From NCBI GenBank assembly GCA_964583075.1, contig CAZOUW010000003.1:6925-70924 (forward strand): DNA of 64,000 nucleotides. The letters are read 5' to 3'. Source of the stretch: an uncultured Candidatus Saccharibacteria bacterium (lineage in GTDB: Bacteria > Patescibacteriota > Saccharimonadia > Saccharimonadales > JAGQNJ01). The position numbers were made by a program, and so were the translations under genes. Under the pieces are notes generated by a model. The model was not told the DNA's origin. It saw only the letters and a program-made list of their open reading frames with translations, and made no database searches. Of the stretch, positions 1 to 10,411 are shown piece by piece; the stretch's first letter is position 1, and the number at the start of each line of letters is the position of its first letter.

Positions 1-432
1 ATACTTCAAAGCCTTTTTGAGTGACAACGCACTCAAGAAAGGGCCATAATAATCAGCACCATCATCAATTGGCCGGCGTGTAAAAGTAAGGTTTGGGTAC
101 ATATCTTTAAAGTTAATTCGAACATACGTCATCGCCTTATCATCCCGAAGTAAGATGTTATAGCGTGGCATGTAGCGACGAATCATTTCTGCTTCTAAAA
201 ACAAGGCCTCAACTTCACTATCAACAACTTGCCAATCAGTGTCTGCAATTTCTGCAACCAAAAGCTCGGTCTTTGGATCACGATTTCGAGATGCTTGAAA
301 ATACTGCCGCACGCGATTACGCAACACAGCAGCTTTACCAACATAAATAATCTGCCCAGCTTTGTCTTTATGAAAATAGACTCCTGGCTCCTTTGGAAGG
401 TCTTTTAACTTTCGTTCTAGCTTACTATTCAC
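1..432 (-). CDS. uvrC: Excinuclease ABC subunit C (UvrC), N-terminal GIY-YIG region; the rest of the gene lies beyond the left edge
   Basis: Own minus-strand translation from GTG at 430-432: VNSKLERKLKDLPKEPGVYFHKDKAGQIIYVGKAAVLRNRVRQYF...EALFLEAEMIRRYMPRYNILLRDDK, a GIY-YIG/UvrC N-terminus. It is absent from the ORF track because the window edge truncates it. Confidence 0.85.
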   Translation of the reverse strand, partial: MNSKLERKLKDLPKEPGVYFHKDKAGQIIYVGKAAVLRNRVRQYFQASRNRDPKTELLVAEIADTDWQVVDSEVEALFLEAEMIRRYMPRYNILLRDDKAMTYVRINFKDMYPNLTFTRRPIDDGADYYGPFLSALSLKKALKY

Positions 433-451
433 GGTATTAATTATACGTCAG

Positions 452-1774
452 CTAGCGCTGAACTATTAACTCAAGCTGAGAGAGAATTTGCTCTGATGCG
501 GCCCCATAACCATGCTGCGTAAGGTGAACGTTACCTTCGGCATACTCTAGTTTGTCGCGGTCAATGTGGATTAGAAATACATCGTCATATCGATCAATCA
601 CTTCATCGAGGATTTGATTGCGTCGTTCTCTGCGATTGCCACTTTTCGAGCCGTCTTCATAGGAATAATTTTCAACAAACGCGATCTTAGCATTGGGATT
701 AGCTTTTGTGAGTTCGTGTATGCGTGTGATAGCGTGATCAACTCCGTCCCTATATTGATCATCAGTTTCAACCGCATTTGTACCAAGCCCGATCACAGTA
801 ATATCAGATCCCGCAATAGCAGATTGATTTTCTTCAATCGCCTGCAAACCACTAAAATCTCCACCGACAAGTGGGCGACTTTCGCGAGCATCAATATGGC
901 TAATCTCGAGATTATGGGCTTCATCAAGCAAAGCTATGCCAGCAAGTTTTTCATATCCGACCGAAAGCGAGTCCCCTATCATGGTAATTTTAGGAGTCTG
1001 AGGCGTTTGCATTTCCTGGCTACGCAAATATTTTTCTCTGACAGAGATCATCATCATTTTAAGACGTCCTGCTCTTTCCAGGCCACCATGAGCCATATTC
1101 CCAGCTTTATCTTCGTCATATCTACCATAGCCATCATTGCATGGCACGCCCGCCCATTCAGCACACAAATCTTCAAGCGCAGCTTCAGCGCTAACATCAC
1201 CGCCAGTCAAAAACTTTGTTAACGTTGGCCGCTTAATGCCCCCGAGGATAAGGTAGGTCGCCAATTCTCGTTGTGCAATTTCGTCATACATCCTCCTGGG
1301 ATCAATGCCACTATTCTTTACAGCGCCACCAAGCGTTCCATCAACCATTTGCCAGCGGCCCGTCGCAAAAATTGTGCCAGAAGCTTGCAAATCAAGAACT
1401 TCCTGAATCGTCAGCTCAGTGAGCTTTCTCCCGTCAAATATTTCGTTATACTTCTCACCCCCAACTTCGGTATCACCTGCATCACCCGTATTGGCTGAAT
1501 TATAACCACCTTCACCAACTGAAATCTCATCAAGTAATGCATTTACAGCCATTGAAAATTCTGAGTTTGCTTCAATCTCGGTATCAGGTGTATTGTCAAA
1601 CTCCGACGAGTAATTGTACGCTCCGTAGCAAGCCAACGTAACCAATCCCACTGCAATCGTGCGCCGCACAATAGATGGTTGCGTATAATTATCGTCAGCC
1701 AGCTCATGCACACTTGGGTTGTAATTCTGTACTTCGAATGGTCGAATATCTTCTGACATAATACTACTTTCCAA
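452..1774 (-). CDS. Membrane-anchored two-domain putative cell-wall hydrolase (lysozyme/transglycosylase-like middle domain plus C-terminal SGNH/GDSL hydrolase)
   Basis: 440-aa ORF with an N-terminal TM (RRTIAVGLVTLACYGAY). The middle region reads FATGRWQM...LCAEWAGVP (lysozyme-like, weak call). The C-terminal half starts with ITMIGDSLSVGY (GDS(L) block I) and includes VIGLGTN. Confidence 0.65.
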   Translation of the reverse strand: MESSIMSEDIRPFEVQNYNPSVHELADDNYTQPSIVRRTIAVGLVTLACYGAYNYSSEFDNTPDTEIEANSEFSMAVNALLDEISVGEGGYNSANTGDAGDTEVGGEKYNEIFDGRKLTELTIQEVLDLQASGTIFATGRWQMVDGTLGGAVKNSGIDPRRMYDEIAQRELATYLILGGIKRPTLTKFLTGGDVSAEAALEDLCAEWAGVPCNDGYGRYDEDKAGNMAHGGLERAGRLKMMMISVREKYLRSQEMQTPQTPKITMIGDSLSVGYEKLAGIALLDEAHNLEISHIDARESRPLVGGDFSGLQAIEENQSAIAGSDITVIGLGTNAVETDDQYRDGVDHAITRIHELTKANPNAKIAFVENYSYEDGSKSGNRRERRNQILDEVIDRYDDVFLIHIDRDKLEYAEGNVHLTQHGYGAASEQILSQLELIVQR

Positions 1775-1796
1775 AGTAGCAATAATAGCACGTTTA

Positions 1797-1825
1797 TTGA
1801 CTTTTGGTCAATACTGTGGTATTAT
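1797..1825 (+). promoter_or_regulatory. Sigma70-type promoter with extended -10, upstream of the GC-rich gene 1907-2527
   Basis: TTGACT (1797-1802), a 17-nt spacer ending in TGg, then TATTAT (1820-1825). It lies in AT-rich sequence just before the GC jump at about 1836. Confidence 0.45.
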
Positions 1826-1906
1826 GTGATATTCTGCCACCACGGTAGAACGTGACCCTACGTGGTCTTGACAACCCTGTTCCCTCCTACAGAATCGAGA
1901 TAAATC

Positions 1907-2527
1907 ATGCCTGCATACGGCAACAACTCTGGCCTGGTCCGTGGCATCAACACTGCCGTCGCTGTGACCTGGAAGGCGTTCATCTGCCTCGTCTTGGGCC
2001 CTGGGCTCCTGTACTTGGATATTGCCGCCGGAGCGAACTACTTCCAGGGCGCGTTCGAGCCCTACATGACCGGTTCGCTGAACATCACCGTGCCGATCAT
2101 CGGCTGGCACATCAACTGGGCGACTGCCGCGTTGTTGGGCTTCGTGCTCAGCGCCGTGACGAGTGGCATCCAGATTGCACTCTGGAACTTCAGTAAGTCG
2201 AGCGTCAAGCTCAAGCAACTGAAACCACAGCACATTGCGGCGCTCACCATGGCAGGAGCTATCTTCCTGCTTGACGTTGCATCTGACGCCGGTGGCGCCA
2301 CCATGTGGGTCAGTGACACCACCAACGGTGCACTCTGGCCGACGAATGCCAACATGTTCCAAATAATCACCATCCCGGTGGTTGTGATCTGCGGCATCGC
2401 CAACGAAGCGATTCTGGAGTTCTTCTTCGGCATCGATCAGCCGATGAAGATCACCCAGCGCTTCGGAGGTTCTCGGCGACGCCCCATCAACGGCTCTTCG
2501 GACCGTGAGATGGCCAGCGCCAACTGA
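1907..2527 (+). CDS. Hypothetical 4-TM membrane protein encoded in GC-rich islet 1
   Basis: 206-aa ORF with four hydrophobic spans (AVAVTWKAFICLVLGPGLLYL, WATAALLGFVLSAVTSGIQIALW, IAALTMAGAIFLLDV, IITIPVVVICGIANEAILEFFF). An in-frame stop sits just upstream of the ATG. The competing ORFs on both strands are Arg/His-rich shadow frames. Confidence 0.65.
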   Translation: MPAYGNNSGLVRGINTAVAVTWKAFICLVLGPGLLYLDIAAGANYFQGAFEPYMTGSLNITVPIIGWHINWATAALLGFVLSAVTSGIQIALWNFSKSSVKLKQLKPQHIAALTMAGAIFLLDVASDAGGATMWVSDTTNGALWPTNANMFQIITIPVVVICGIANEAILEFFFGIDQPMKITQRFGGSRRRPINGSSDREMASAN

Positions 2528-2657
2528 TACTGATGGGGAACAGATAGAGCGAGGACTGTAGGGTTCGAGATGATGAGAAACGTGCGCCGGCATCCGCCAG
2601 CAAACAATTCCTCTCGTCTCGTCCTACAGTCCCGCTTACCCCACCCAAAAAGAGGTT

Positions 2658-3542
2658 TTATGCAGTTATTTTTTGGACATTAACCAAACAATCGCTACAT
2701 TTGGTCTTTTTATCACAAGCCTGGCATACGAGCACCAAACGGTTACAGGCTACGTTACTACAGTTTACATAGCGACTAGTCTTGCCTTGGCAGTGTGCAC
2801 AATCCCCAATATCCTCTGCATCATCAGAAAAGCTATGTACCATTCGATCATCAAAAATATGGAGCTTACCCTCCCATAAACCATCGTCACCGTACTTTTC
2901 GCCGTATTTTACAATTCCGCCATCGACTTGATAAACCTCTTTAAAGCCTCGGTTTTTCATCAGCACACTTAGCGCCTCACAGCGTATACCACCAGTGCAG
3001 TAGGTTACAACTGGCTTGTCTTTAATGTCGTTATACTTATCACTCTCGATTTCAGTCAAAAAGTCACGAGTCGTCTTTGTATCTGGCACCACGGCATCTT
3101 TAAATTTGCCAATCTTGGCCTCATAAGCATTACGGCCATCAAAAAATATTACGTCATCACGCTCTTCAACCAACTGGTTTACCTGTTCGGGCTTGAGATG
3201 CTTACCACCATTGACTACACCCCGTTCATTAACTTCGATCTCATCCGGTACCCCAAACGCAACCAACTCTGGACGTTCTTTGATACTTAAGCGCGGAAAA
3301 TCTGCGCCCGTTCCATCGCTCCATTTGTACATAATTCCCTTAAAGATTACCGAACGATTCATTTCACGCTTATACTCACGAAGTGACTCAATATCACCGC
3401 CAAGCGTACCGTTAATGCCATGCTTACTTATAATCACACGACCCTTAAGACCAAGCCGATTGCATAGTTCTTTTTGCCAACGTACGGTCATTGCCGGATC
3501 TGAGACAGGCACAAATTTGTAATAAAGAATAACCTTGTTCAC
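2658..3542 (-). CDS. trhO: Rhodanese-domain tRNA uridine(34) hydroxylase TrhO (YceA/UPF0176 family)
   Basis: YYKFVPVSDP, GRVIISKHGINGTLGG, VTYCTGGIRCE (rhodanese active-site loop) and the C-terminal Cys cluster CAHCQG...CSNVACNRLVLVCQAC. Confidence 0.85.
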   Translation of the reverse strand: MNKVILYYKFVPVSDPAMTVRWQKELCNRLGLKGRVIISKHGINGTLGGDIESLREYKREMNRSVIFKGIMYKWSDGTGADFPRLSIKERPELVAFGVPDEIEVNERGVVNGGKHLKPEQVNQLVEERDDVIFFDGRNAYEAKIGKFKDAVVPDTKTTRDFLTEIESDKYNDIKDKPVVTYCTGGIRCEALSVLMKNRGFKEVYQVDGGIVKYGEKYGDDGLWEGKLHIFDDRMVHSFSDDAEDIGDCAHCQGKTSRYVNCSNVACNRLVLVCQACDKKTKCSDCLVNVQKITA

Positions 3543-3776
3543 GAAAACTTATTGTACAACACATTTTACCTCTTGTCATCCCTGTAGGGCTTATGCTATA
3601 GTTAGCAAATCATTTATTAAATTAATGGAAAGGCGGCCAAAACAACCATGGTTCAACCACCACAGTCATATACATTCTCTTCGGTCGCCTGCAGCGAGCG
3701 AAGTTAAAACGTACTTGTTCGTTGTTAACCAGAACAACAAAACAATTTATATCAACTTAAGCAGCAGGAGGCTGCT

Positions 3777-5558
3777 ATGTCTACTCAGATTTCAACTACA
3801 AAACAAACCATTAGAATCTACTGGCAACATATTTGGAAACATCCTAGATTCGCATCAGGAACGCTGCTATCTATTCCTTTAGCCGTCCTTGTAACAAACT
3901 TCCTTCCCCCGCTCATTCTTGCCGGTATCCTAAACCGTCTTGCTAGTGGAGACTTCCGACAGAACAATGTATGGGCAAGCTTCGGACCGAGTCTTGCACT
4001 ATATGTCGCTATAATGTTTGCCGGTTCGTTTAGCTGGCGAATTGTAGATGCGTGTGTCTGGCGACTCGAGGCAAAAACATTGAAGGACATTGCGGATCGT
4101 GTATATGCCCATTTACTAAACCAAAGCGCTTCATTTCATGCTGACAGCTTTGGTGGTTCATTGGTATCACAGACCAACAAGCTCCTTGGCTCTTACGTAC
4201 GTATTGCAGATACGACTATCTTTCAAGTCCTACCAATGTTATGGGGAATAGTTCTCACTTCCATTATACTGTTCAGACGCGTTCCAGAATACGTATTCGC
4301 ATTACTCGCATTTAGTGTTGTCTACCTACTATCGGCGGTCTTTATAACAAAGAAGGTTCGCCACTATTCGATCGAGCATTCTGAAGCCGAGAGTCGGCAG
4401 ACTGGCTATTTGGCAGATAGCATTACAAATGTGCTGACAATTAAAAGCTTCGCGAGAGGTAAGTACGAAAATAAACAATTCGCCAAAGTCACAAGCAATA
4501 CCGCACAGCAACTACGTAACCTCGGACGAATTGTTCAACGTCAAATGCTCTATTTCTCAGGCATGGCTGGCCTAGTACAATCCCTAGCCCTCATAATCTC
4601 TGTCATTGCAGCCGTTAATTATGGTGCCGACGTCGCAACCGTCTTCTTGGTCTTAAGCTACACCTCGACGATTGCCGATCAACTGTTCGGCTTCAGTACT
4701 CATTCGCTCAGAAACTATAATCGATCATTCGGTGATGCCTCAGAAATGACCAAAATACTGATGCTAGAAGCGGAGATCAAAGACCCATCTACTCCAGAGA
4801 AGTCATCGATTAGCTCAGGGAGAATCTCATTTAACAGTGTTGACTTTACACATACAGGCGCAAAGCGAAGCATATTCAAGAACCTCTCCCTATCAATAAA
4901 GCCAGGAGAGAAAGTTGGTCTAGTAGGACACTCTGGTTCAGGTAAGACAACACTTACGAAGCTTGTACTACGTTTTGCAGATATCGAAAGTGGTACCATT
5001 GAAATTGATGGTCAGAACATTGCTAAGATCACGCAGGACAATTTACGTGCCAAGATCTCTTTTGTACCGCAAGAACCGCTCCTTTTCCATCGTTCACTGG
5101 CAGACAATATTAGCTACGGCAAACCTGGCGCAAGCATGCAAGAGATTGAAGCAGTCGCTAAGATGGCAAATGCATTTGAGTTTGTAAAAGATCTTCCAGA
5201 AGGATACAAAACGCTGGTTGGCGAGCGGGGTGTCAAACTATCAGGTGGCCAGAGACAACGTATTGCTATTGCCAGGGCAATGCTTAAAAATGCACCGATC
5301 CTCGTGCTTGATGAGGCAACTAGTGCTCTCGACTCAGAAAGTGAAGCTCTTATTCAGGATGCATTATGGAAGTTAATGGACGGTAAGACTGCGATTGTAA
5401 TTGCCCACCGCCTGAGCACCATTCAAAAGATGGATCGGATCATTGTGCTCGATAACGGCAAGATCATTGAACAAGGCTCACATAAAGAGCTTATCCGTCA
5501 GAACGGTAAATATGCAGAACTGTGGAATCGCCAATCTGGTGGCTTCATAGAAGAATAG
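3777..5558 (+). CDS. ABC exporter, fused permease/ATPase (MsbA/type I exporter-like)
   Basis: Six-TM N-terminal half. Walker A GHSGSGKTT, signature LSGGQRQR, Walker B ILVLDEATSALD, H-loop AHRLST. RBS AGGAGG precedes the ATG. Confidence 0.9.
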   Translation: MSTQISTTKQTIRIYWQHIWKHPRFASGTLLSIPLAVLVTNFLPPLILAGILNRLASGDFRQNNVWASFGPSLALYVAIMFAGSFSWRIVDACVWRLEAKTLKDIADRVYAHLLNQSASFHADSFGGSLVSQTNKLLGSYVRIADTTIFQVLPMLWGIVLTSIILFRRVPEYVFALLAFSVVYLLSAVFITKKVRHYSIEHSEAESRQTGYLADSITNVLTIKSFARGKYENKQFAKVTSNTAQQLRNLGRIVQRQMLYFSGMAGLVQSLALIISVIAAVNYGADVATVFLVLSYTSTIADQLFGFSTHSLRNYNRSFGDASEMTKILMLEAEIKDPSTPEKSSISSGRISFNSVDFTHTGAKRSIFKNLSLSIKPGEKVGLVGHSGSGKTTLTKLVLRFADIESGTIEIDGQNIAKITQDNLRAKISFVPQEPLLFHRSLADNISYGKPGASMQEIEAVAKMANAFEFVKDLPEGYKTLVGERGVKLSGGQRQRIAIARAMLKNAPILVLDEATSALDSESEALIQDALWKLMDGKTAIVIAHRLSTIQKMDRIIVLDNGKIIEQGSHKELIRQNGKYAELWNRQSGGFIEE

Positions 5559-5577
5559 GGAGCTCTCTGTAGATTCC

Positions 5578-5808
5578 CTATTCTTGTATTGCCTTGGTTT
5601 GGATTTCAGGAAGCTCTTCGTACTCCAGGCTTTCGATGTACTGTTTGAGAACATTGAAGCCAAGCAGCTCAACGGCATCATTCAGGCTCATAACTCTGTT
5701 ACGTGTGATCATGCCAAAATCTTTGCCTAACGGTATGTCCTCACAAACTAAGACTTCCCCCACCCCCGCTTCGCCTTGATAAGGTTTTACGAGTGGCGCG
5801 CGAGTCAT
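5578..5808 (-). CDS. Hypothetical small protein (76 aa from the internal Met; the track start at 5847 would overlap the bL25 gene)
   Basis: ORF directly downstream of the bL25 gene. No motif recognised. Confidence 0.4.
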   Translation of the reverse strand: MTRAPLVKPYQGEAGVGEVLVCEDIPLGKDFGMITRNRVMSLNDAVELLGFNVLKQYIESLEYEELPEIQTKAIQE

Positions 5809-5812
5809 AGAA

Positions 5813-6466
5813 CTAGTCCTCGGATTTACTTTCTGCGCTGTCAGCAACGTCTGGTGCGCCGTCTTCTGGCTCAGTAGCTTCTTCAGCTTCGGCTTCTTCA
5901 GATTGCTGTGCAGGGGTTTCGATAACTGAAATCACTGATTGTTCTGGCTCTGCTACGATGACAACCCCATCAGGCGCTTTCAAGTCAGATACGTGAATTT
6001 TGTCACCGATCTCAGCCAAATTGGAAACATCTACAACTATCGCATCCGGCAAATTGCGTGGCGTTGCCTCAACTTCCACAACTTCAAGTTGTGGCAGCAA
6101 CATTAAGCCAGCTTTTTCAGCTGCACTATCGCCCTCAAAATGCACTGGTACTTCGGCTTTGACCTTTTCATTCTGACGTACTGCATTAAACACGACGTGA
6201 CGTAATGTATTCTTGCGCGGATCAAGATCGACATCTTTAATAATTGCCAAATACTTTTCATCACCCACTTTTAAGTCAACCGGGTGGTGTTTGCCGGCTT
6301 TTTCATAGGTTTTTGTAATTTCAATAAACGGTGCGTCCACAACTACTGACTCTTTGCCGTGGTTGTGAATAACAGCCGGCACTTTACCTTCTCTACGTAA
6401 AGCCCTAACTTGCTTGCCCACCACTTTCCGCTTTTCAAGCGTTAGCGTAATATCGCCTGTACTCAT
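5813..6466 (-). CDS. rplY: 50S ribosomal protein bL25 (Ctc form with acidic C-terminal extension)
   Basis: LEKRKVVGKQVRALRREGKVPAVIHNHGKESV...RHVVFNAV...VPVHFEG, typical of L25/Ctc; acidic tail. Confidence 0.9.
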   Translation of the reverse strand: MSTGDITLTLEKRKVVGKQVRALRREGKVPAVIHNHGKESVVVDAPFIEITKTYEKAGKHHPVDLKVGDEKYLAIIKDVDLDPRKNTLRHVVFNAVRQNEKVKAEVPVHFEGDSAAEKAGLMLLPQLEVVEVEATPRNLPDAIVVDVSNLAEIGDKIHVSDLKAPDGVVIVAEPEQSVISVIETPAQQSEEAEAEEATEPEDGAPDVADSAESKSED

Positions 6467-6539
6467 GAATCCTCCACTTAGTTAGCTCTACCATTATAGC
6501 AAATATGAACGTCTGATTGTTTGGTATAATATACAACTA

Positions 6540-7217
6540 GTGTTTCATTTTGATTTTGAAAGCTTGATTACCGGAAGTGGTATATTGTTAGGCCTAGCGA
6601 TTATCGGTGGCATTATTTTTGCCGAGTCTGGTCTTTTAGTTGGCTTTTTCTTGCCTGGCGATACCTTACTACTATTTGCTGGTTTTTTTGCGGCCCAAGA
6701 CAAACTACCACTTGGTTGGCTACTACTCACCATAGTTATCTGCGCAGTAATAGGTGATAATGTTGGCTACAGCATTGGTCGCCGCACTGGCCCACGCGTT
6801 TTCAGAAAAAAGGACGGTATTTTCTTTCACAAAGACCATATTGAACGCGCTGAGCGGTTTTACAATGAGCACGGTGGCAAAACCATAATCCTAGCCCGAT
6901 TTGTGCCCGTTGTCCGTACCTTTGCGCCTATGGTTGCCGGTATTGGCAAGATGCCACGTAAGCGCTTTATGGCCTTTAATGTTGTCGGTGCATTCGTATG
7001 GGGGGTTGGTGTCACAATGATTGGTTATTTCTTGGGTGGATTTTTTGACCCAGCAACTATAGAAAAATTCATCCTGCCTGTTATGCTCATAGTAACAGTC
7101 GGGACTTTCGGTCCAGCACTGTATCATTTGCTCAAAGAAAAATCGACACGTCAAGCACTTGCTGCGCGTATTAAACTTGGCCTCAGTAACGTTTTTCTCA
7201 ACAAAAAAGTTGACTAG
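6540..7217 (+). CDS. DedA/VTT-domain family membrane protein
   Basis: FAESGLLVGFFLPGDTLLLFAGFFAA and ARFVPVVRTFAPMVAGIGKM motifs; multi-TM. Confidence 0.85.
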   Translation: MFHFDFESLITGSGILLGLAIIGGIIFAESGLLVGFFLPGDTLLLFAGFFAAQDKLPLGWLLLTIVICAVIGDNVGYSIGRRTGPRVFRKKDGIFFHKDHIERAERFYNEHGGKTIILARFVPVVRTFAPMVAGIGKMPRKRFMAFNVVGAFVWGVGVTMIGYFLGGFFDPATIEKFILPVMLIVTVGTFGPALYHLLKEKSTRQALAARIKLGLSNVFLNKKVD

Positions 7218-7220
7218 TCT

Positions 7221-7544
7221 TTATTTTGGTAGAACAATGCCGATTTCCGTACCAAAAAAGGCAATTCCTTCGCCAAACGACTCATTTTTGGGTAGTTTAT
7301 TCCAGCGCTGAGCTCGTTCTGACTGATTAGCCTCAGCATCAGCTTGCATAGCATCACGAGCCTCTTGAGATTCCCACTCTGCAACAGCAAAGTAACTTCC
7401 GTGCTCGTTCCTGACTTCATGCAGATGGGTACCGAGCGCACCAGGGTATTCCTGAAGGATTGCGCTACCTCGTTTCCAGTGATCAATAAATGCCTGTTCC
7501 TCGTCCGGATTGTTCAGTTTTATCTTCCACACAAATCGGTACAT
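7221..7544 (-). CDS. Small ABM (antibiotic-biosynthesis-monooxygenase-like) / dimeric alpha-beta barrel domain protein
   Basis: 107 aa; the F..HW..G........PG..G..L.......YF.VAEWES..A pattern looks ABM-like. Weak call. Confidence 0.5.
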   Translation of the reverse strand: MYRFVWKIKLNNPDEEQAFIDHWKRGSAILQEYPGALGTHLHEVRNEHGSYFAVAEWESQEARDAMQADAEANQSERAQRWNKLPKNESFGEGIAFFGTEIGIVLPK

Positions 7545-7560
7545 ATAATCCTCCTTTTGC

Positions 7561-10374
7561 TTATTTTAGCATTCGTTTTAAGAATTGGCCGGTATAAGAA
7601 TCTTTAACTTTGGCGACTTGTTCTGGCGTACCTTCAGCCACAATACTGCCTCCGTTTTGACCACCATCTGGACCCATATCAATAATGTGGTCAGCTGACT
7701 TGATGACATCCAAGTTATGCTCTATTACTACCATGCTATTGCCGGTATCAACTAACGCATGCAACACACTCAATAATTTATCAACGTCTGCCATATGCAA
7801 GCCAGTAGTTGGTTCGTCCAGAATATACAGGGTGCGGCCAGTTGCACGGCGAGAAAGCTCACTAGCAAGCTTAATACGCTGTGCTTCACCGCCGCTCAAC
7901 GTTGTTGCCGGCTGCCCAAGCGTAATATAACCAAGACCAACATCGACCAGTGTTTGTAATTTACGGGCAATGGTTGGAATATTACTAAAAAATTCAAGCG
8001 CAGTTTCGCAGGTCATTTCGAGCACGTCACTGATGGTCTTGCCTTTGTAATGAATTTCTAGCGCTTCACGGTTGTAGCGTTTGCCCTTGCAGACCTCACA
8101 TGGCACATAAACATCCGGCAAAAAGTGCATTTCAATCTTGATAATGCCATCACCTGCACAGTTTTCGCAGCGCCCACCTTTTACGTTAAAACTAAACCGG
8201 CCCGGACTATAACCACGTAATTTTGCTTCTGGAGTCGCAGCAAAAAGTTCACGAATTGGCGTAAACACGCCCGTATACGTTGCCGGGTTCGAGCGCGGTG
8301 TCCGGCCAATTGGCGATTGATCGATAATAATTGCTTTGTCGAGCTGCTTTATACCCTCGATATCGTCATGCTTGCCTGGCACACTGTTAGCCCGATGCAA
8401 GCGTGCCGCGAGTTCCTTAGCGAGAATATCATTAATGAGCGTTGATTTGCCAGAACCAGAAACACCACTGACGACAACTAATTTACCGAGGGGGATATCT
8501 ACAGTAACATTTTTAAGATTATGCTCGCGCGCGCCTTTAATGCTCAGAGTTTTACCATTACCCGCCCGACGTTTTTTTGGAACAGCAATCTTCTTTTTGC
8601 CCAACAGGTACTGCCCTGTAATACTGTCTTGGTTGTTCGCAACTTCATTTGGTGATCCTATTGCAACAATATGTCCACCATGAATACCTGCCCCCGGACC
8701 AATATCGACTAGGTAGTCAGCCGTGCGGATAGTATCTTCATCATGCTCTACCACAATCACCGTATTGCCAAGATCACGCAAATGTTTAAGTGTAGTAATC
8801 AGCCTGTCGTTATCGCGCTGATGTAAGCCAATCGATGGTTCATCAAGAACATACAGCACACCCATAAGCCCAGAACCGATCTGAGTTGCCAAACGAATAC
8901 GCTGCGCCTCACCACCACTGAGCGTTACAGCGCTACGCAGTAAATTAAGATAGTTAAGACCTACGTCACGCAAGAATTCTAATCGCGCTCTGATTTCTTT
9001 TAATATCTGAGCTGCAATATGTAGTTCTGTCTCACTTAATCTAACTTTTGCAAAATAATTACATGCATCATCAATGGACAGTTCACAAATATCCATTATT
9101 GATTTTCCATCGATCGTTACCGCTAAAACTTCTGGTTTGAGGCGCTTTCCGTGGCAGGCATGACATGGACGCTCTTGCATAAAGCGCTCAATATCACGGC
9201 GAATAAAATCACTCTCTGTTTCTTTGTGACGACGTTCAAGATTTGGTATGACCCCTTCAAATGTTGATTCATAAGACCGGCCAACACCAAGCGAAATTTT
9301 GTACTTTTGACTACCTGTTCCATATAAGATGCGCTGAATATTCTCTGCAGAAATTTCACCCGTTGGCACATGAACGCTAAAACCATACTCATCACCGACT
9401 GCCTGGATTTTTTTCATGTACCATGCATCTACGCTAATGCGATTAAAAGGCCGGATTGCACCTTCAGCCAGCGTCAGACGACCATTCGGAATCACTAAAT
9501 CCGGGTCAACCTCTAAACGAGACCCAAGACCCGTGCAAACAGGGCACGCACCGTGCGGACTATTAAAACTAAATGTCCGCGGCTCAAGCTCAGGAATCAA
9601 AACATCTGGGTGGTCAACACAAGCATACATAAGTGTATGGATTGATTCTTCATCTGCATCAGCATTAAGGATTTTTACCTTGCCATCAGCGACTTCTAGC
9701 GCCTGTTCTACAGACTGACTTAAGCGGCTCAGATTGTCTTGATTGTTAGTCAAACGGTCGGCAACGATTTCAATAGTATGCTTTTTGGCTTTATCAAGCT
9801 CTGGGAATTCATCCAAGGCGTAAATAACACTATCCACTCGCACTCGTGCAAAGCCCGCTCGCTGATATTGTTCTGGGATATGTTCAAAGGCACCCTTTTT
9901 ATCAATAATCACTGGTGCTAGTACAATTAAACGCGCGTCTTTATAACTACGCACTACATTGTCAACGATTGCCTGTGTGGTTTGTCTAGCAACTGGTTTA
10001 CCACACACCGGACAGTGTGGCATACCAACACGTGCGAACAGCAAACGCAAGTAATCATAAATCTCCGTTACTGTCGCAACCGTTGAGCGCGGATTCCGGC
10101 TGGTTGATTTTTGATCAATACTAATTGCCGGGCTAAGACCATCAATTTGGTCAACATCTGGCTTTTCCATAAGCCCAAGAAACTGCCGTGCATAGCTACT
10201 CAGACTCTCAACGTAACGACGTTGACCTTCTGCATAAATAGTGTCGAATGCTAACGATGATTTACCAGAACCACTCAGGCCCGTAATCACCACCAACTTG
10301 TCCCGTGGAATCTCCAAAGAAATATCCTTGAGATTGTGTTCACGAGCACCTTTAACTACTATCACGTCCTTCAT
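7561..10374 (-). CDS. uvrA: Excinuclease ABC subunit A
   Basis: 937 aa; two ABC modules ([23 protein letters not shown], two LSGGEAQRI signatures) and zinc-finger Cys pairs. Confidence 0.97.
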   Translation of the reverse strand: MKDVIVVKGAREHNLKDISLEIPRDKLVVITGLSGSGKSSLAFDTIYAEGQRRYVESLSSYARQFLGLMEKPDVDQIDGLSPAISIDQKSTSRNPRSTVATVTEIYDYLRLLFARVGMPHCPVCGKPVARQTTQAIVDNVVRSYKDARLIVLAPVIIDKKGAFEHIPEQYQRAGFARVRVDSVIYALDEFPELDKAKKHTIEIVADRLTNNQDNLSRLSQSVEQALEVADGKVKILNADADEESIHTLMYACVDHPDVLIPELEPRTFSFNSPHGACPVCTGLGSRLEVDPDLVIPNGRLTLAEGAIRPFNRISVDAWYMKKIQAVGDEYGFSVHVPTGEISAENIQRILYGTGSQKYKISLGVGRSYESTFEGVIPNLERRHKETESDFIRRDIERFMQERPCHACHGKRLKPEVLAVTIDGKSIMDICELSIDDACNYFAKVRLSETELHIAAQILKEIRARLEFLRDVGLNYLNLLRSAVTLSGGEAQRIRLATQIGSGLMGVLYVLDEPSIGLHQRDNDRLITTLKHLRDLGNTVIVVEHDEDTIRTADYLVDIGPGAGIHGGHIVAIGSPNEVANNQDSITGQYLLGKKKIAVPKKRRAGNGKTLSIKGAREHNLKNVTVDIPLGKLVVVSGVSGSGKSTLINDILAKELAARLHRANSVPGKHDDIEGIKQLDKAIIIDQSPIGRTPRSNPATYTGVFTPIRELFAATPEAKLRGYSPGRFSFNVKGGRCENCAGDGIIKIEMHFLPDVYVPCEVCKGKRYNREALEIHYKGKTISDVLEMTCETALEFFSNIPTIARKLQTLVDVGLGYITLGQPATTLSGGEAQRIKLASELSRRATGRTLYILDEPTTGLHMADVDKLLSVLHALVDTGNSMVVIEHNLDVIKSADHIIDMGPDGGQNGGSIVAEGTPEQVAKVKDSYTGQFLKRMLK

Positions 10375-10411
10375 AAAGTTGATTCATTATACGCCAAAAG
10401 CAAGATTTTTT

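Noticed and set aside
614-1222. Antisense ORFs inside well-supported genes (for example 614-1222 +, 19818-20534 +, 12660-13106 +, 52106-52522 +)
   Set aside because: They lie opposite strongly supported CDSs and have low-complexity or unprotein-like composition.
1836-1845. GCCACCACGG occurs at the left edge of islet 1 (1836-1845) and just after the stop of the islet-3 gene (39267-39276). TCCTACAG is a direct repeat flanking the islet-1 gene (1885-1892 and 2622-2629).
   Set aside because: These are 8-10-nt matches among several boundary windows, and my rough estimate puts the chance expectation at the order of 0.1. The motif is not seen at the other islet edges, so this is not good evidence for att sites or target duplications.
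1808-2593. 261-aa minus-strand ORF and 114-aa plus-strand ORF (1852-2196) overlapping the islet-1 gene
   Set aside because: These are Arg/His/Gly-rich, low-complexity translations typical of shadow frames in GC-rich DNA. The 1907-2527 frame gives clean TM helices.
3543-3776. Structured leader before the ABC exporter (10-bp hairpin CTTCGGTCGC-ctgca-GCGAGCGAAG; RBS in a GCAGC/GCTGC hairpin loop)
   Set aside because: It matches no riboswitch class I know and has no U-tract. It is probably ordinary leader structure.
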